Source: Spirochaetia bacterium (GTDB taxonomy: Bacteria; Spirochaetota; Spirochaetia; CAKZLE01). Taken from it: 64,000 nucleotides of DNA. The position numbers were made by a program, and so were the translations under genes. The stretch lies in the NCBI GenBank assembly GCA_963677595.1, contig OY782041.1, positions 2,624,001 to 2,688,000 on the forward strand, in the 5' to 3' direction. Shown here in pieces: positions 39,364-49,278 of this stretch. The notes below the pieces were generated by a model. That model ran no database searches and was not told the DNA's origin. It saw nothing but the letters and a program-made list of their open reading frames with translations. The stretch's first letter is position 1, and every line of letters starts with the position of its first letter.

Positions 39364-39371
39364 GGTGCTAA
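39287..39371 (+). repeat. Near-identical SEC-C tail repeat (pairs with 38101-38185)
   Basis: 85 bp with 3 mismatches, extending about 8 bp past the stop codons. Confidence 0.92.
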
Positions 39372-40171
39372 ACTGCCTTGCTCGCCTGGATGATCGCCGA
39401 GACGATGTACTCCTCTACATGGCGTCCGGGGGCCCAGTCCCTGAGGAACTCCCTGCTCGCATCCTTCGGCGTGATGGTTATCCCGGTGAAGCCTGCGGCG
39501 GTGAGGATCCCCTCGAGTTCCTCGATCGAGGATGCCCCCGACACACAGCTCGAGTAGAGCTTCATGTCCTCCCGCATCTCCTCCGGCAGCTCTGCGGTCG
39601 TCACGACATCGGAGATGGAGAGACGTCCACCTGCCTTCAGTACCCGGTATGCTTCATCGAAGACCCGCTGTTTCTCGGGCGAGAGGTTGATCACGCAGTT
39701 CGAGAGGATCACGTCGACCGAGTTGTCTGCCACCGGCAGCTTCTCGATCTCCCCGATGCGGAACTCCACATTGTCAAACCCGGCCTTCTCGGCATTATGG
39801 CGAGCCCTCCCCACCATGCCGGGGGTCATGTCGACCCCGATCACCTGTCCGGTCTCACCGACCGCGCGGGCTGCGAGGAAGCTGTCGATCCCGGCACCGC
39901 TGCCCAGGTCGAGGACGGTCTCCCCGGGTTCCAGGGAGGCGATGGCCACGGGATTCCCGCAGCCCAGCCCCAGGTTCGCCCCGTCGGGGATCAGCTCCAG
40001 GTCCGCTATGGTGTACCCTAGCATCGAAGAGAGCGTCTGTGGATCTGCCCCCGGGCTGCAGCAGCCTGAGTCTGATGAACAGCAGCATCCCGAAGAGATG
40101 ACCTTCCCGTAGTCCTTTCTGACAGAGTCCCTGATGGAATCAGGCCTGAGAGCCTGAGGGGCTTGTGCCAT
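39368..40171 (-). CDS. arsM: Arsenite S-adenosylmethionine methyltransferase
   Basis: N-terminal CCC..CC, ANLGLGCGNP, VLDLGSGAGID, GVDMT, SNCVINLSP.K, CVSGA. Confidence 0.9.
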   Translation of the reverse strand: MAQAPQALRPDSIRDSVRKDYGKVISSGCCCSSDSGCCSPGADPQTLSSMLGYTIADLELIPDGANLGLGCGNPVAIASLEPGETVLDLGSGAGIDSFLAARAVGETGQVIGVDMTPGMVGRARHNAEKAGFDNVEFRIGEIEKLPVADNSVDVILSNCVINLSPEKQRVFDEAYRVLKAGGRLSISDVVTTAELPEEMREDMKLYSSCVSGASSIEELEGILTAAGFTGITITPKDASREFLRDWAPGRHVEEYIVSAIIQASKAV

Positions 40172-40186
40172 ATTGTGCCTCCTTAC

Positions 40187-40206
40187 ATTTAGTCATTTAG
40201 CTAAAT
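40187..40206. promoter_or_regulatory. Possible ArsR-type operator
   Basis: ATTTAG-N8-CTAAAT immediately upstream of the arsM RBS. Confidence 0.5.
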
Positions 40207-40228
40207 ATAGCGATGGTAAGGGAGAGTG

Positions 40229-42658
40229 TCAATGCCTCAGGTGCATGAGCTTGAGTGCTGTGCGATCCTTGGGGATATCACCGAGCAGTGAGATCCTCCG
40301 AGGCCTGTCGGGGAAGAGGTGGAAGCAGTTATCGCTGAAGCGCCCCTTCCACCCGGGAAGCTCGAGCCACAGGTAGAGGACCGGCACATCGGTCTCAAGG
40401 ATGACCTCACTCCCCGTGACCGGGGTGACCTTCACGGCTGCTTCCCTCAGGCCGCAGCGCTTGGGTTCGGCAAAGAGGAGGGTGGTCTCCGCTTCCGGTA
40501 TATCCCCATCGGGGATGAACCGGACCCGCAGGCAGGATGCGAATCTCTCAGCTTCCGAAAGCTCCAAACCGAACATCTCCATGGATGTTGATGCTTCAGC
40601 CTCGAGGACGGCCTTGTCTTCAAGGAGTCCTCTCACCGCACCGTCGAAGTCGACCAGGTCTACCTGGAGGCTGCCGCTAACCGGTGCCTCCGTATCGTTC
40701 ACACCATAGATAGTGATGGTACCGGGAGACTCCTCCCTGACCGTGATCATGAGCGGGGCGAAGAAGCGGGCTGCAGCGTAGTGGAGGGTCTTCCACCTGC
40801 CCCCGTACTCGATCGAGGACCAGGAGGCTGCAGGCCAGGTATCGTTGAGCTGCCAGTAGAGGGCTCCCATGCAGAGTGGACGCTTCGAGCGCCAGTACTC
40901 GACTGCGGTGGTGATGGCCAGCGCCTGCTGCACCTGGCTCAGGTAGACCTGGTCAGAGAAGGAGGCGGGGAGTCGGAAGTACCGGGTGAACGTCGAGAGG
41001 ATGATCGAGTTCCCGCGGTCGTTTCGCTGATGGTGCTCCATGACCGGGCTGCTGATGTTCAGGTCCTCACCTGTATCGCAGAAGGACTCGATCAGGGGGA
41101 GGGACGGGAAGGACTGGAAGCCGAACTCGGAACAGAAGCGTGGGGTAACCTCATGATAGGCCTCGAAGGGCTTCCCCTCGTGCCAGACACTCCAGTAGTG
41201 CATGTCGCCCTTCGAGTCATCATGCCAGTTGTCCGAGTAGTCGCCTTCGCCGGCTGAGGGGGAGGAGGGCCACCAGGTCCGGTTGGGGTCAAGCTCCCTG
41301 ACCGTGCTGCCGATGATCCCCTCGTTGAGCCGGTCATAGTCGATGAGGTAGCGGTCCCGCTGCTTCCGCGACTCCTCGAACCAGGTCAACGCCCCGATAT
41401 CTTCGTTATTCCCGCACCAGAGTGCGATGGAGGGGTGATCCTTCAGGCGCTTGACCTGGTGGCGAACCTCTTCGTTGACATTCTCAAGGAAATACTCCTG
41501 TGCAGGGTAGAGGGCGCAGGAGAACATGAAGTCCTGCCAGACCATGAGGCCGAGCCGGTCGCAGAGACCGTAGAACCAGTCAGGCTCATACCTGCCGCCT
41601 CCCCAGACGCGTATCATGTTCATATTGGCATCGACTGCCGACTGGAGCAGACCCTCCACGTCAGTCTCCCTGATCCTGCCGGGAAGCGAGTCGGCAGGTA
41701 TCCAGTTGGCTCCCTTGCAGAAGATATCCTTCCCGTTGACCCGGAAGGTCATCGGCCTGCCGTGGGCATCTGGTGTGGTATCGACCTCTACCGTCCTGAA
41801 CCCTACCTGCTTGTTCACCGCATCATGCCCTGTCTTCACGCGCAGCTCATAGAGCGGCTGTTCCCCGTAGCCTGCCGGCCACCAGGGTTCCACCCCGTCT
41901 ATGGTGAGGGTCCTCGTTAGCTCGGTGCTGCCGACCTGCAGGAGTATTCTCTCCTCATGCCGGACTCCGGCACACGAGATCGTGAGCGTCGTCTCCCCGG
42001 TGCGTGAGGACTGCAGTTCGGTCACCACATCGAGGAGCCACCGATCCCCATCCCTGGTGAGGTTCGTGTGGACATACTCGATCCGCTCGAGGGGGGAGGC
42101 AAGGAGGACGGGGGCCTCATAGAGACCTGCGACCATGAGGCAGGGACCCCAGTCCCAGCCGCCGTGGCACTGGACCTTCCTGATGAGGTTCCGGTGGGGC
42201 GACTGGGTGGGGTAGGTCATATAGGGGACCGGGTAGGGGAGCCGGGTGCTCAACTCCCGGGCCTTCTGTTCGGCCGATGAGAGCTTGACGGTGATCGTGT
42301 TCGTCCCTGCAGTCACGGTCCCCGATACATCGAACCGGTATCGCACGAACATGTTCTCACAGGTGCCGATGACCGTCCCGTTGAGGAGGACCTCAGCGAA
42401 GGTGTCGACACTCTCGAGCTCGAGGAAGAGCTCTCCTGACTCAAGGAGGGAAGCCGGGCAGTCGAACTCCCTGGCCAGGATCCAGTCGACCCTGCCGATC
42501 CACTGAAGCTCCTGCTCCTGCATCCCGTGAAACGGGTCAGGGATCAGGCCCGCTTCCAGGAGTGCGGTATGGGTATCCCCGGGGATGGCTGCCGGGATGT
42601 CTATACCCCGTTCAGCCTGCTGAAGTCGCCAGTTCCCGTCCAGTGTGATCCGTTCCAT
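40229..42658 (-). CDS. GH2 beta-mannosidase-type glycosidase
   Basis: [58 protein letters not shown]. Confidence 0.93.
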   Translation of the reverse strand: MERITLDGNWRLQQAERGIDIPAAIPGDTHTALLEAGLIPDPFHGMQEQELQWIGRVDWILAREFDCPASLLESGELFLELESVDTFAEVLLNGTVIGTCENMFVRYRFDVSGTVTAGTNTITVKLSSAEQKARELSTRLPYPVPYMTYPTQSPHRNLIRKVQCHGGWDWGPCLMVAGLYEAPVLLASPLERIEYVHTNLTRDGDRWLLDVVTELQSSRTGETTLTISCAGVRHEERILLQVGSTELTRTLTIDGVEPWWPAGYGEQPLYELRVKTGHDAVNKQVGFRTVEVDTTPDAHGRPMTFRVNGKDIFCKGANWIPADSLPGRIRETDVEGLLQSAVDANMNMIRVWGGGRYEPDWFYGLCDRLGLMVWQDFMFSCALYPAQEYFLENVNEEVRHQVKRLKDHPSIALWCGNNEDIGALTWFEESRKQRDRYLIDYDRLNEGIIGSTVRELDPNRTWWPSSPSAGEGDYSDNWHDDSKGDMHYWSVWHEGKPFEAYHEVTPRFCSEFGFQSFPSLPLIESFCDTGEDLNISSPVMEHHQRNDRGNSIILSTFTRYFRLPASFSDQVYLSQVQQALAITTAVEYWRSKRPLCMGALYWQLNDTWPAASWSSIEYGGRWKTLHYAAARFFAPLMITVREESPGTITIYGVNDTEAPVSGSLQVDLVDFDGAVRGLLEDKAVLEAEASTSMEMFGLELSEAERFASCLRVRFIPDGDIPEAETTLLFAEPKRCGLREAAVKVTPVTGSEVILETDVPVLYLWLELPGWKGRFSDNCFHLFPDRPRRISLLGDIPKDRTALKLMHLRH

Positions 42659-42758
42659 ATCGCATCCTCCTTGTGCAGCCCGTTACCGCCTGCCAGTGTT
42701 CGTAAAAATTCTACCATATTTTTGGTTGACAGCATGTAAGACTCATGTAATACTCTAG

Positions 42759-42782
42759 TTAGTTGATTTAAAAACCAACTAA
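42759..42782. promoter_or_regulatory. ROK-family operator
   Basis: TTAGTTG-N10-CAACTAA, similar to XylR/ROK operators; TTGACA at 42726-31; lies between the divergent GH2 and ROK genes. Confidence 0.7.
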
Positions 42783-42838
42783 AGAATCATAGCATGATTA
42801 CGTACAGGATGCAATCAGAATAGGAGCAATCATAATCG

Positions 42839-44002
42839 ATGAAGCGTACGAAACGGATTAACAGGGCACTGATCCTCAGGGAGATCTGGCAGCAGCATGA
42901 GACCAGCCGCATCGAGATCGCCCGGAGCCTCGAACTGGACAAGTCCACTGTTTCCAATGCCGTGAAGGAGCTCATCGATGCTGGCATCATCATTGAGACC
43001 GAGGAGGGGAGGTCCGGCCCCCAGGGGGGACGGAAGCCCAAGTTCATCTCGCTCAACAGCGAGTACGGCTGCATCCTCGGGGTGGAGATCACCCCTGAAC
43101 AATGCACGGCTGTGGCACTGGACCTCACCGGGGAGATCATCGGCTCCTGGGTACACCCGCTCTCACTCCATGGGAAGGACCTGACCGAGCTCTTCACCGG
43201 CTGTCTGGAACGGCTCGTGGAGGAGGTCGAGAAGACGGGAAAGGAGCTGCTCGGCATCGGGGTCGGGATCTCCGGTGTCGTCAACGGTGAGGCGGGGATC
43301 ATCATGTACTCCGAACCGCTTGGGATCACGGAGGATTATGACTTCTACCAGGAGGTCTCCTCCCATTTCAGCGTCCCTGTCTTCATCGACAATGATGCCA
43401 ATGCCTGTGTGTGGGGGGAGCTTGCCTTCCACCGCAGGGCAGAGTTGAGGGACTTTCTCTTCCTGCTCCTCGAGTTCCGGGACTACGACCCCGCAGTCGA
43501 TCCGGTCTGCAACCGGATCGCTGTCGGTATGGGTATCGTCATCGGCGGTGCGGTCCACTACGGGACCCAGTACTCAGCCGGTGAGTTCCGGTCGATCTAC
43601 CGGCGTGATGATTCGGTGGGGCAGTTCTCCCTGACCGAGGACGAGCAGCAGCGGATCTTCTCCGACCCCGCGGTGATGGAGAAACTCCTTACCGAGCTCT
43701 TCGCCCATACCGGCCTGATCATGAACACCTTTAACCTGAGCCATGTGATCCTCGGAGGGGCGTTCGAGGAGCTTGGGGATTCGGTGAAGCAGATCCTTGA
43801 ACAGGAGATCCGCAGGAACTGGCCCTATCCCTACCGGTATATGGTCAATGAGAATATCTGGTTCTCGTCATTCGGGAAGCAGGCAGTATCCTACGGCGCA
43901 GCCGGGATGGTGCTCAACACCCTCTTCGGCGAGGCTGATGTACTGGAAGGCATTAGCAGAAGACGGAACCTGCAGGACGGGATCGTCGTCTTCTCGAAAT
44001 AG
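42839..44002 (+). CDS. ROK-family transcriptional repressor
   Basis: SRIEIARSLELDKSTVS helix-turn-helix, GGRKP, IDNDANAC, GMGIVIGG, AGEF. Confidence 0.92.
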   Translation: MKRTKRINRALILREIWQQHETSRIEIARSLELDKSTVSNAVKELIDAGIIIETEEGRSGPQGGRKPKFISLNSEYGCILGVEITPEQCTAVALDLTGEIIGSWVHPLSLHGKDLTELFTGCLERLVEEVEKTGKELLGIGVGISGVVNGEAGIIMYSEPLGITEDYDFYQEVSSHFSVPVFIDNDANACVWGELAFHRRAELRDFLFLLLEFRDYDPAVDPVCNRIAVGMGIVIGGAVHYGTQYSAGEFRSIYRRDDSVGQFSLTEDEQQRIFSDPAVMEKLLTELFAHTGLIMNTFNLSHVILGGAFEELGDSVKQILEQEIRRNWPYPYRYMVNENIWFSSFGKQAVSYGAAGMVLNTLFGEADVLEGISRRRNLQDGIVVFSK

Positions 44003-44087
44003 TAGAGTTGGGATTTCACAGGCCTGCAGCTGCAGGCCTGGAAAAAGAGTAAAGAATTTTCTCTAAGAAAGGAGAAAAGGGGGAAAC

Positions 44088-45380
44088 ATGAAAAAAGTGA
44101 AAGTGGTTCTTGCCGTGATCGTACTGTCGGTCTTCCTGATCGGGACAGTCAGCGCTCAGGGTGCAGTGGAATCAGCAGGTCCTGAGAAGGTCGTGGTCAA
44201 GGCAATGGCGTATGGCGACAACTCAAACCAGGAAGGTGTGAACTGGGTTCGAATCGTCAATTCGTTCGAGGAAGAGAATCCGAACATCGACATCGACTAT
44301 GAGATGCTCTATGACGAGGCGTACCACCAGAAGGTCGTTGCACGGCTTGCTTCTGGCGACGTGCCTGACTTGGCGTACATGGGTGCAGACGCCCGATGGG
44401 GACTCCCCTGGAAGGAAGCAGGACAGCAGCTTGACATCACTCCTTACATTGACGCAAGCTACTACGACCTGAACCTGATCCCCTCGATGGGGCCGAACGG
44501 TGAGATCTATGAGATCCCCCTTGGGACGAGCAACATCACCACCGTACTATTCATGAACGAGAACCTGGTGAAGGAACTCGGCTTCAGCGCACCGAAGACC
44601 TATGAGGACCTCGTAGCCATGGTTCCTGCTGCCAAGAAGGCAGGCGTGGAAGTCGTGAGCATCGACGGTGCTGATGGTTGGGCATGGGGTTCCTGCCTGA
44701 TGTCTACGGTCATCGCACGCATGTCAGGGGACGCTGCATGGGTCTCCAAGGCAGTCGCAGGCGAGAACAAGTTCAACGACCCGGCAATGGTCAAGTCGCT
44801 TGACTTCCTCTCACAGATGGTCGAAGACGGGGTGATCTCTTCCAAGTCAGTCCTCGTCGACTACGGTGCCAACGTATCGAACTACAGCAACGGCAAGGCT
44901 CTCTTCATGGTACAGGGACAGTGGGTCGCAGGAAGCATCGAGAATCCTGAAGTGGCTGAGGCTACCAAGATGATCGCTTGGCCGAAACTCCCCGGCGAGA
45001 AGGGAACCGCAGGTTCAGTCGCAGCAGCCATCCAGGTCGGCTACGGCCTCACCAAGCAGGGAGCTTCAGACCCTGCAGTCAGGGATGCAGCCCTCAAGTT
45101 CATCCAGTACTTCTACAGCCATGCTGAGACTACCCAGAGACTGATTGACGGTGCTATCGTGGCTCCTATCCTCAAGAACTTCAAGGTCCCTGCTGACCTG
45201 CCGACTATCATGAAGGAGAAGGTCGCCCTCGCACAGAGCGCACCAACCACAGACGTCATCGACGCATTCTTGAGCGGTGCAGCCAATGATGAGCTCAATG
45301 CCGGCATGCAGAAGATCGTCAGCGGACAGGCAACTGCCCAGGAGATCGCAGACAAGGTAGAATCCCTCGTAACGAGGTAG
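44088..45380 (+). CDS. Sugar ABC transporter solute-binding protein
   Basis: Leader MKKVK..VSAQG; ENPNIDI, ASGDVPDL, PKTYEDL, GKALFMVQGQW. Confidence 0.9.
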   Translation: MKKVKVVLAVIVLSVFLIGTVSAQGAVESAGPEKVVVKAMAYGDNSNQEGVNWVRIVNSFEEENPNIDIDYEMLYDEAYHQKVVARLASGDVPDLAYMGADARWGLPWKEAGQQLDITPYIDASYYDLNLIPSMGPNGEIYEIPLGTSNITTVLFMNENLVKELGFSAPKTYEDLVAMVPAAKKAGVEVVSIDGADGWAWGSCLMSTVIARMSGDAAWVSKAVAGENKFNDPAMVKSLDFLSQMVEDGVISSKSVLVDYGANVSNYSNGKALFMVQGQWVAGSIENPEVAEATKMIAWPKLPGEKGTAGSVAAAIQVGYGLTKQGASDPAVRDAALKFIQYFYSHAETTQRLIDGAIVAPILKNFKVPADLPTIMKEKVALAQSAPTTDVIDAFLSGAANDELNAGMQKIVSGQATAQEIADKVESLVTR

Positions 45381-45396
45381 GTACCATACCAAGGTC

Positions 45397-45422
45397 AAGC
45401 GGGAGGGGAAACCCTCCCGCTT
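45397..45422 (+). terminator. Strong stem-loop after the SBP gene
   Basis: AAGCGGGAGGG-GAAA-CCCTCCCGCTT; partial terminator or mRNA stabiliser. Confidence 0.7.
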
Positions 45423-45450
45423 CATGTAACAGATACTGGAGGAGACGAAC

Positions 45451-46353
45451 GTGACGAAACGAGACCTGCGGGATGTGCCGGCTTACCTGGCATTGATAGC
45501 CCCCGCCCTGATCATCTACCTGTTCATCATAGCCTACCCGATAGTCTACTCGGTTTGGCTCAGCTTCACCGATTTCAACCCGAACAGGGGCGGTGAGTGG
45601 AGTTTCGTCGGCCTCCTGCAGTATCGGGGGATGTTCACAGACCCCTACTTCTGGCATGCACTGAAGAACAACCTCATCGTCGTGGCCATCTCGGTCTTCG
45701 GCCAGATCCCGCTCGGGTTCGTCCTGGCCTACATCATCTACCGGAAGATGGTGAAGGGGTCCAACTTCTTCCAGGTCGTGGTGTTCCTGCCCCATTTCCT
45801 CTCGACGATCGTCATCGGTATCCTCTGGAAGCGGATGTTCCAGGCCGACGGCCCTGTCTCGAGGCTGCTGCAGCTCATACACCATGACCCGTCCGCCCAG
45901 TTCGAGATGATGCTCTACCCGGAGACGGTCATGATCCCGATCGGGTTCGCCCTCATCTGGATCTATACCGGGCTCTACATGATCATCTTCCTGGCCAATC
46001 TCCAGAAGATCGACGACAACCTCATCGAGGCAGCCAAGATCGACGGAGCGACCGAGCCCCAGGTCTTCCTCAAGGTGATCGTGCCGATCCTCTCGGGAAC
46101 GATCATCGTCTCCACGATCCTCGCGATCGCCGGGTCCCTCAGGGGGTTCGACCTGATCTTCTCGATCACGACCCAGGGGCTGCAGCGGAACAATGCCATG
46201 GTGCTGCCGATCTTCATGTACCAGACAGCTTTCCAGGATTATGCGAATGATATGCGGTTCGCCTACGGTGCCGCGATCTCGAACATCATCGTGGTGATCA
46301 GCCTGCTGCTGATAGGCGTCAGCAAGCTGATCGGCAGGAACAGTGAGGAGTAG
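45451..46353 (+). CDS. Sugar ABC permease
   Basis: FVGLLQY; IEAAKIDGA. Confidence 0.92.
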   Translation: MTKRDLRDVPAYLALIAPALIIYLFIIAYPIVYSVWLSFTDFNPNRGGEWSFVGLLQYRGMFTDPYFWHALKNNLIVVAISVFGQIPLGFVLAYIIYRKMVKGSNFFQVVVFLPHFLSTIVIGILWKRMFQADGPVSRLLQLIHHDPSAQFEMMLYPETVMIPIGFALIWIYTGLYMIIFLANLQKIDDNLIEAAKIDGATEPQVFLKVIVPILSGTIIVSTILAIAGSLRGFDLIFSITTQGLQRNNAMVLPIFMYQTAFQDYANDMRFAYGAAISNIIVVISLLLIGVSKLIGRNSEE

Positions 46354-46359
46354 GCTACC

Positions 46360-47454
46360 ATGAGACAAGACAGACCGAAATCGATCCTGGGACGCACCCT
46401 CTCCTATATCGTGCTCGTCAGCTGGGCGCTGATCACGATCATCCCGCTCGTCTGGATGACCTACTCATCCTTCAAGTCGAACGAGGAGCTTACCCGCGAT
46501 ATCTACGCATTGCCGTATGACCTGATCCACACCAGCGATGACGAATATGTGGTTATCAAGCCGCAGCTCAACGTCATCCCTGATTACGACGTGAAGAAGG
46601 ATACCCGTGAGCGCCTGATCATCGAATCGACCACCATCTCCCCCGGGAGGAGGCTGATGGTCTACTTCCTGGTGAAGGAGGACCTGCCGGCAGAGCTTGC
46701 AGCCCTGGAGCCCGGCGATACCCTGACGGTCTCACAGCTTCCCGGCTCCATGCGTCGGGAGCTCGGCTGGAAGACGATGCTCTTCAACTACCGTTCGGCG
46801 ATCTCGCGGGGCGGGCTGGGCCAGAAGTTCATCAACAGCATCATCTATGCCGGGGTCTCGACCTTCCTGGTGAACCTCTTCGCGCTGATGACCGCTTTCG
46901 CGATCAGCAAGATGCAGTTCCGGAAGGTATCGATCGCCATCTCGGCACTGATCGGGTTCGGGTACCTGATCAGCATCAACTCGGTGATCATCCCGCTCTT
47001 CCTGATGCTCTCGAGGATCGGGCTGACTGATACCCACCTCGGTATCATCCTCGTCTACGTCGCCTTCGGGCTCCCCCTGGCGGTCATGCTGACCACCAGC
47101 TTCGTCCGGGGCATCCCGAGCAGCCTCATCGAGTCCGCGAGGATGGACGGGGCCCCGACCTTCAAGATCCTCACCGCGATCATCACGCCGATCGCGACCC
47201 CGGTGATCATCACGGTGAGCATCATCACGGCCCTGGGTATCTGGAACGAGTTCATGCTCGTACTGGTCCTGGCGAGCTCCGAGTTCACCAAGTCCCTGCC
47301 GGTAGGGGTATTCTCCTTCTCGAGCCTGACGAGCACCCAGCTCGGCTGGCAGCTCGCCGCCCTCGTCGTCGCGACGGCACCGGCCATGATCGTCTACTTC
47401 ACCTTCCAGAAGCAGCTGGCTGAAGGGGTCGTCGGAGGGGCGATCAAGGGGTAG
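46360..47454 (+). CDS. Sugar ABC permease with enlarged first periplasmic loop
   Basis: SSFKSNEE; IESARMDGA; IWNEF; KSLPVG. Confidence 0.9.
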   Translation: MRQDRPKSILGRTLSYIVLVSWALITIIPLVWMTYSSFKSNEELTRDIYALPYDLIHTSDDEYVVIKPQLNVIPDYDVKKDTRERLIIESTTISPGRRLMVYFLVKEDLPAELAALEPGDTLTVSQLPGSMRRELGWKTMLFNYRSAISRGGLGQKFINSIIYAGVSTFLVNLFALMTAFAISKMQFRKVSIAISALIGFGYLISINSVIIPLFLMLSRIGLTDTHLGIILVYVAFGLPLAVMLTTSFVRGIPSSLIESARMDGAPTFKILTAIITPIATPVIITVSIITALGIWNEFMLVLVLASSEFTKSLPVGVFSFSSLTSTQLGWQLAALVVATAPAMIVYFTFQKQLAEGVVGGAIKG

Positions 47455-47516
47455 GGAGAGACCGTTCTTTTCCAGATGCCATACACACAGGTTTGAAAAA
47501 CCGAAAGGGGAGTCCT

Positions 47517-49274
47517 ATGCAGATCTTACATAATCATGTCGGCTACCGTCCCGATGCCTGGAAGTTCATGATCCTCCAGGCAGACAGAGCATTCCCATCC
47601 GCCGATGAGCTCACCGCGGAGCTGCTGGAAGCAGGGAACGACCAGGTCATCTCCCGGTTCTCCCCCTCCTGGACGGGCAGCGTGCCCGGCTGGAAGGGAC
47701 GGTACTTCTGCCGGTTCGACTTCTCCCAGGTCACTGACCCGGGAACCTACCGGTTCCGGATAGAGACAGGCGGGAGGACCCTCTACGGGAACCCCTTCAC
47801 GATATCGGAGGAGGCAGCTGATGAGCTGATGGTCTCGAACCTTCTCTTCTACCTCAAGGGACAGCGCTCCTCAGGCAGCTGGGACGAGGTGGACCGTTCG
47901 ATCCCCTTCTTCGGGGACCGGGATGGCTGCGTCGATGTGCACGGGGGCTGGTTCGATGCCGCCGGGGATTACAGCAAGTACCTCTCGCACCTCTCCTATG
48001 CGAACTTCCTCAACCCCCAGCAGATCCCCCTGACCGTCTGGGCCCTGGTGCAGACGGGGGAGACCCTCAAAGGCATCCCTGTCCATGCCGATACCCTGCT
48101 TGCCGACCGCCTCTTCGAGGAGGCCTGGTGGGGAGCCGACTTCCTCATGCGGATGCTGGACCCCGAAGGGTTCTTCTACATGACCGTCTTCGACAAGTGG
48201 AGCAAGGACCACCATGAGCGGATGATCTCAGCCTTCAGGACAAAGCAGGGGATCAGGATGGAGAACTACCAGGCAGGTTTCCGCCAGGGAGGCGGAATGG
48301 CCATAGCAGCCCTCGCACGGGTCTCTGCCCATGAACGGGACAGGATCCCCGCAGACGGCTTCACGCCCTCCCAGTGCCTTGCCGCCGCTGAGCGGGGCTA
48401 CCGCCACCTGGTCGAGCACAATTCTGCATACCTCGACAACGGCCGCGAGAACATCATCGACTGCTACTGTGCCCTCACAGCTGCCGTCGAGCTCCTCAAG
48501 GCGACAGATCATGACTGGTACCTCGAAGAGGCACGACGCTGGTCAGGGAGGCTCTCCTCCCTCTATGATCCCACACTCCCAGGTTGGCTGGTTGAGGAGG
48601 GCTCAAGCCGCCCCTTCTACCATGCATCCGACTCAGGACTGCCGATTCTCTCCCTGCTCCTGTACACCCGTATCGAGCCTGAAGAGCCGCGAAGGAAAGA
48701 GACCGCAAGCCTGGTCCTCGATGCACTGAAGACTGAACTGGAACGTACAGCTGTCGAGGGAAACCCCTTCATGCATACCAGGCAGCCCGTGCAGGCTGCC
48801 CGGGGAGGGGAGGTGCGTACCTCCTTCTTCGTTCCCCATGACAACGAGTCAGGCTACTGGTGGCAGGGGGAGAATGCGAGACTCGCATCCATGGCTGCCA
48901 TGATGCGGATCGCTGCCTCCTCAGAAGAGCTGCAGGGACTCGCGGGAGCAAAAGAGGAGATCACAGATCACCTGCGGCAGGCCGCTGATGCCCAGCTCGA
49001 TTGGATCCTCGGCTGCAACCCCTTCGATACCTGCATGTTCCAGGGGTACGGGAGGAACAATCCCCGCTATGAGAAGCACTACCCGAATGCCCCGGGAGGG
49101 ATCTGTAACGGGATCACCGGAGGTTTCGAGGATGAGGAAGACATAGACTTCCTGCCTGCAGCCGCTGCAGGCATGGGCGACCACCGGTGGAGGTGGAGCG
49201 AACAGTGGATCCCCCACGCTTCCTGGTTCCTGCTGGCACTGGCAGCAGAACTCGGGCAGATCCCCCTGGGATAA
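47517..49274 (+). CDS. GH9 glycosidase (exo-beta-glucosaminidase-like subgroup)
   Basis: NHVGY, DVHGGWFDAAGDYSKYLSHLSYANFLNPQQ, ENIIDCY, YWWQGENARL, WILGCNP, GGICNG, WRWSEQW. Confidence 0.85.
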   Translation: MQILHNHVGYRPDAWKFMILQADRAFPSADELTAELLEAGNDQVISRFSPSWTGSVPGWKGRYFCRFDFSQVTDPGTYRFRIETGGRTLYGNPFTISEEAADELMVSNLLFYLKGQRSSGSWDEVDRSIPFFGDRDGCVDVHGGWFDAAGDYSKYLSHLSYANFLNPQQIPLTVWALVQTGETLKGIPVHADTLLADRLFEEAWWGADFLMRMLDPEGFFYMTVFDKWSKDHHERMISAFRTKQGIRMENYQAGFRQGGGMAIAALARVSAHERDRIPADGFTPSQCLAAAERGYRHLVEHNSAYLDNGRENIIDCYCALTAAVELLKATDHDWYLEEARRWSGRLSSLYDPTLPGWLVEEGSSRPFYHASDSGLPILSLLLYTRIEPEEPRRKETASLVLDALKTELERTAVEGNPFMHTRQPVQAARGGEVRTSFFVPHDNESGYWWQGENARLASMAAMMRIAASSEELQGLAGAKEEITDHLRQAADAQLDWILGCNPFDTCMFQGYGRNNPRYEKHYPNAPGGICNGITGGFEDEEDIDFLPAAAAGMGDHRWRWSEQWIPHASWFLLALAAELGQIPLG

Positions 49275-49278
49275 GCAG

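Noticed and set aside
37154-39371. Diversity-generating retroelement explanation for the repeats
   Set aside because: No reverse transcriptase is present, and the mismatches are not adenine-specific and are mostly synonymous.
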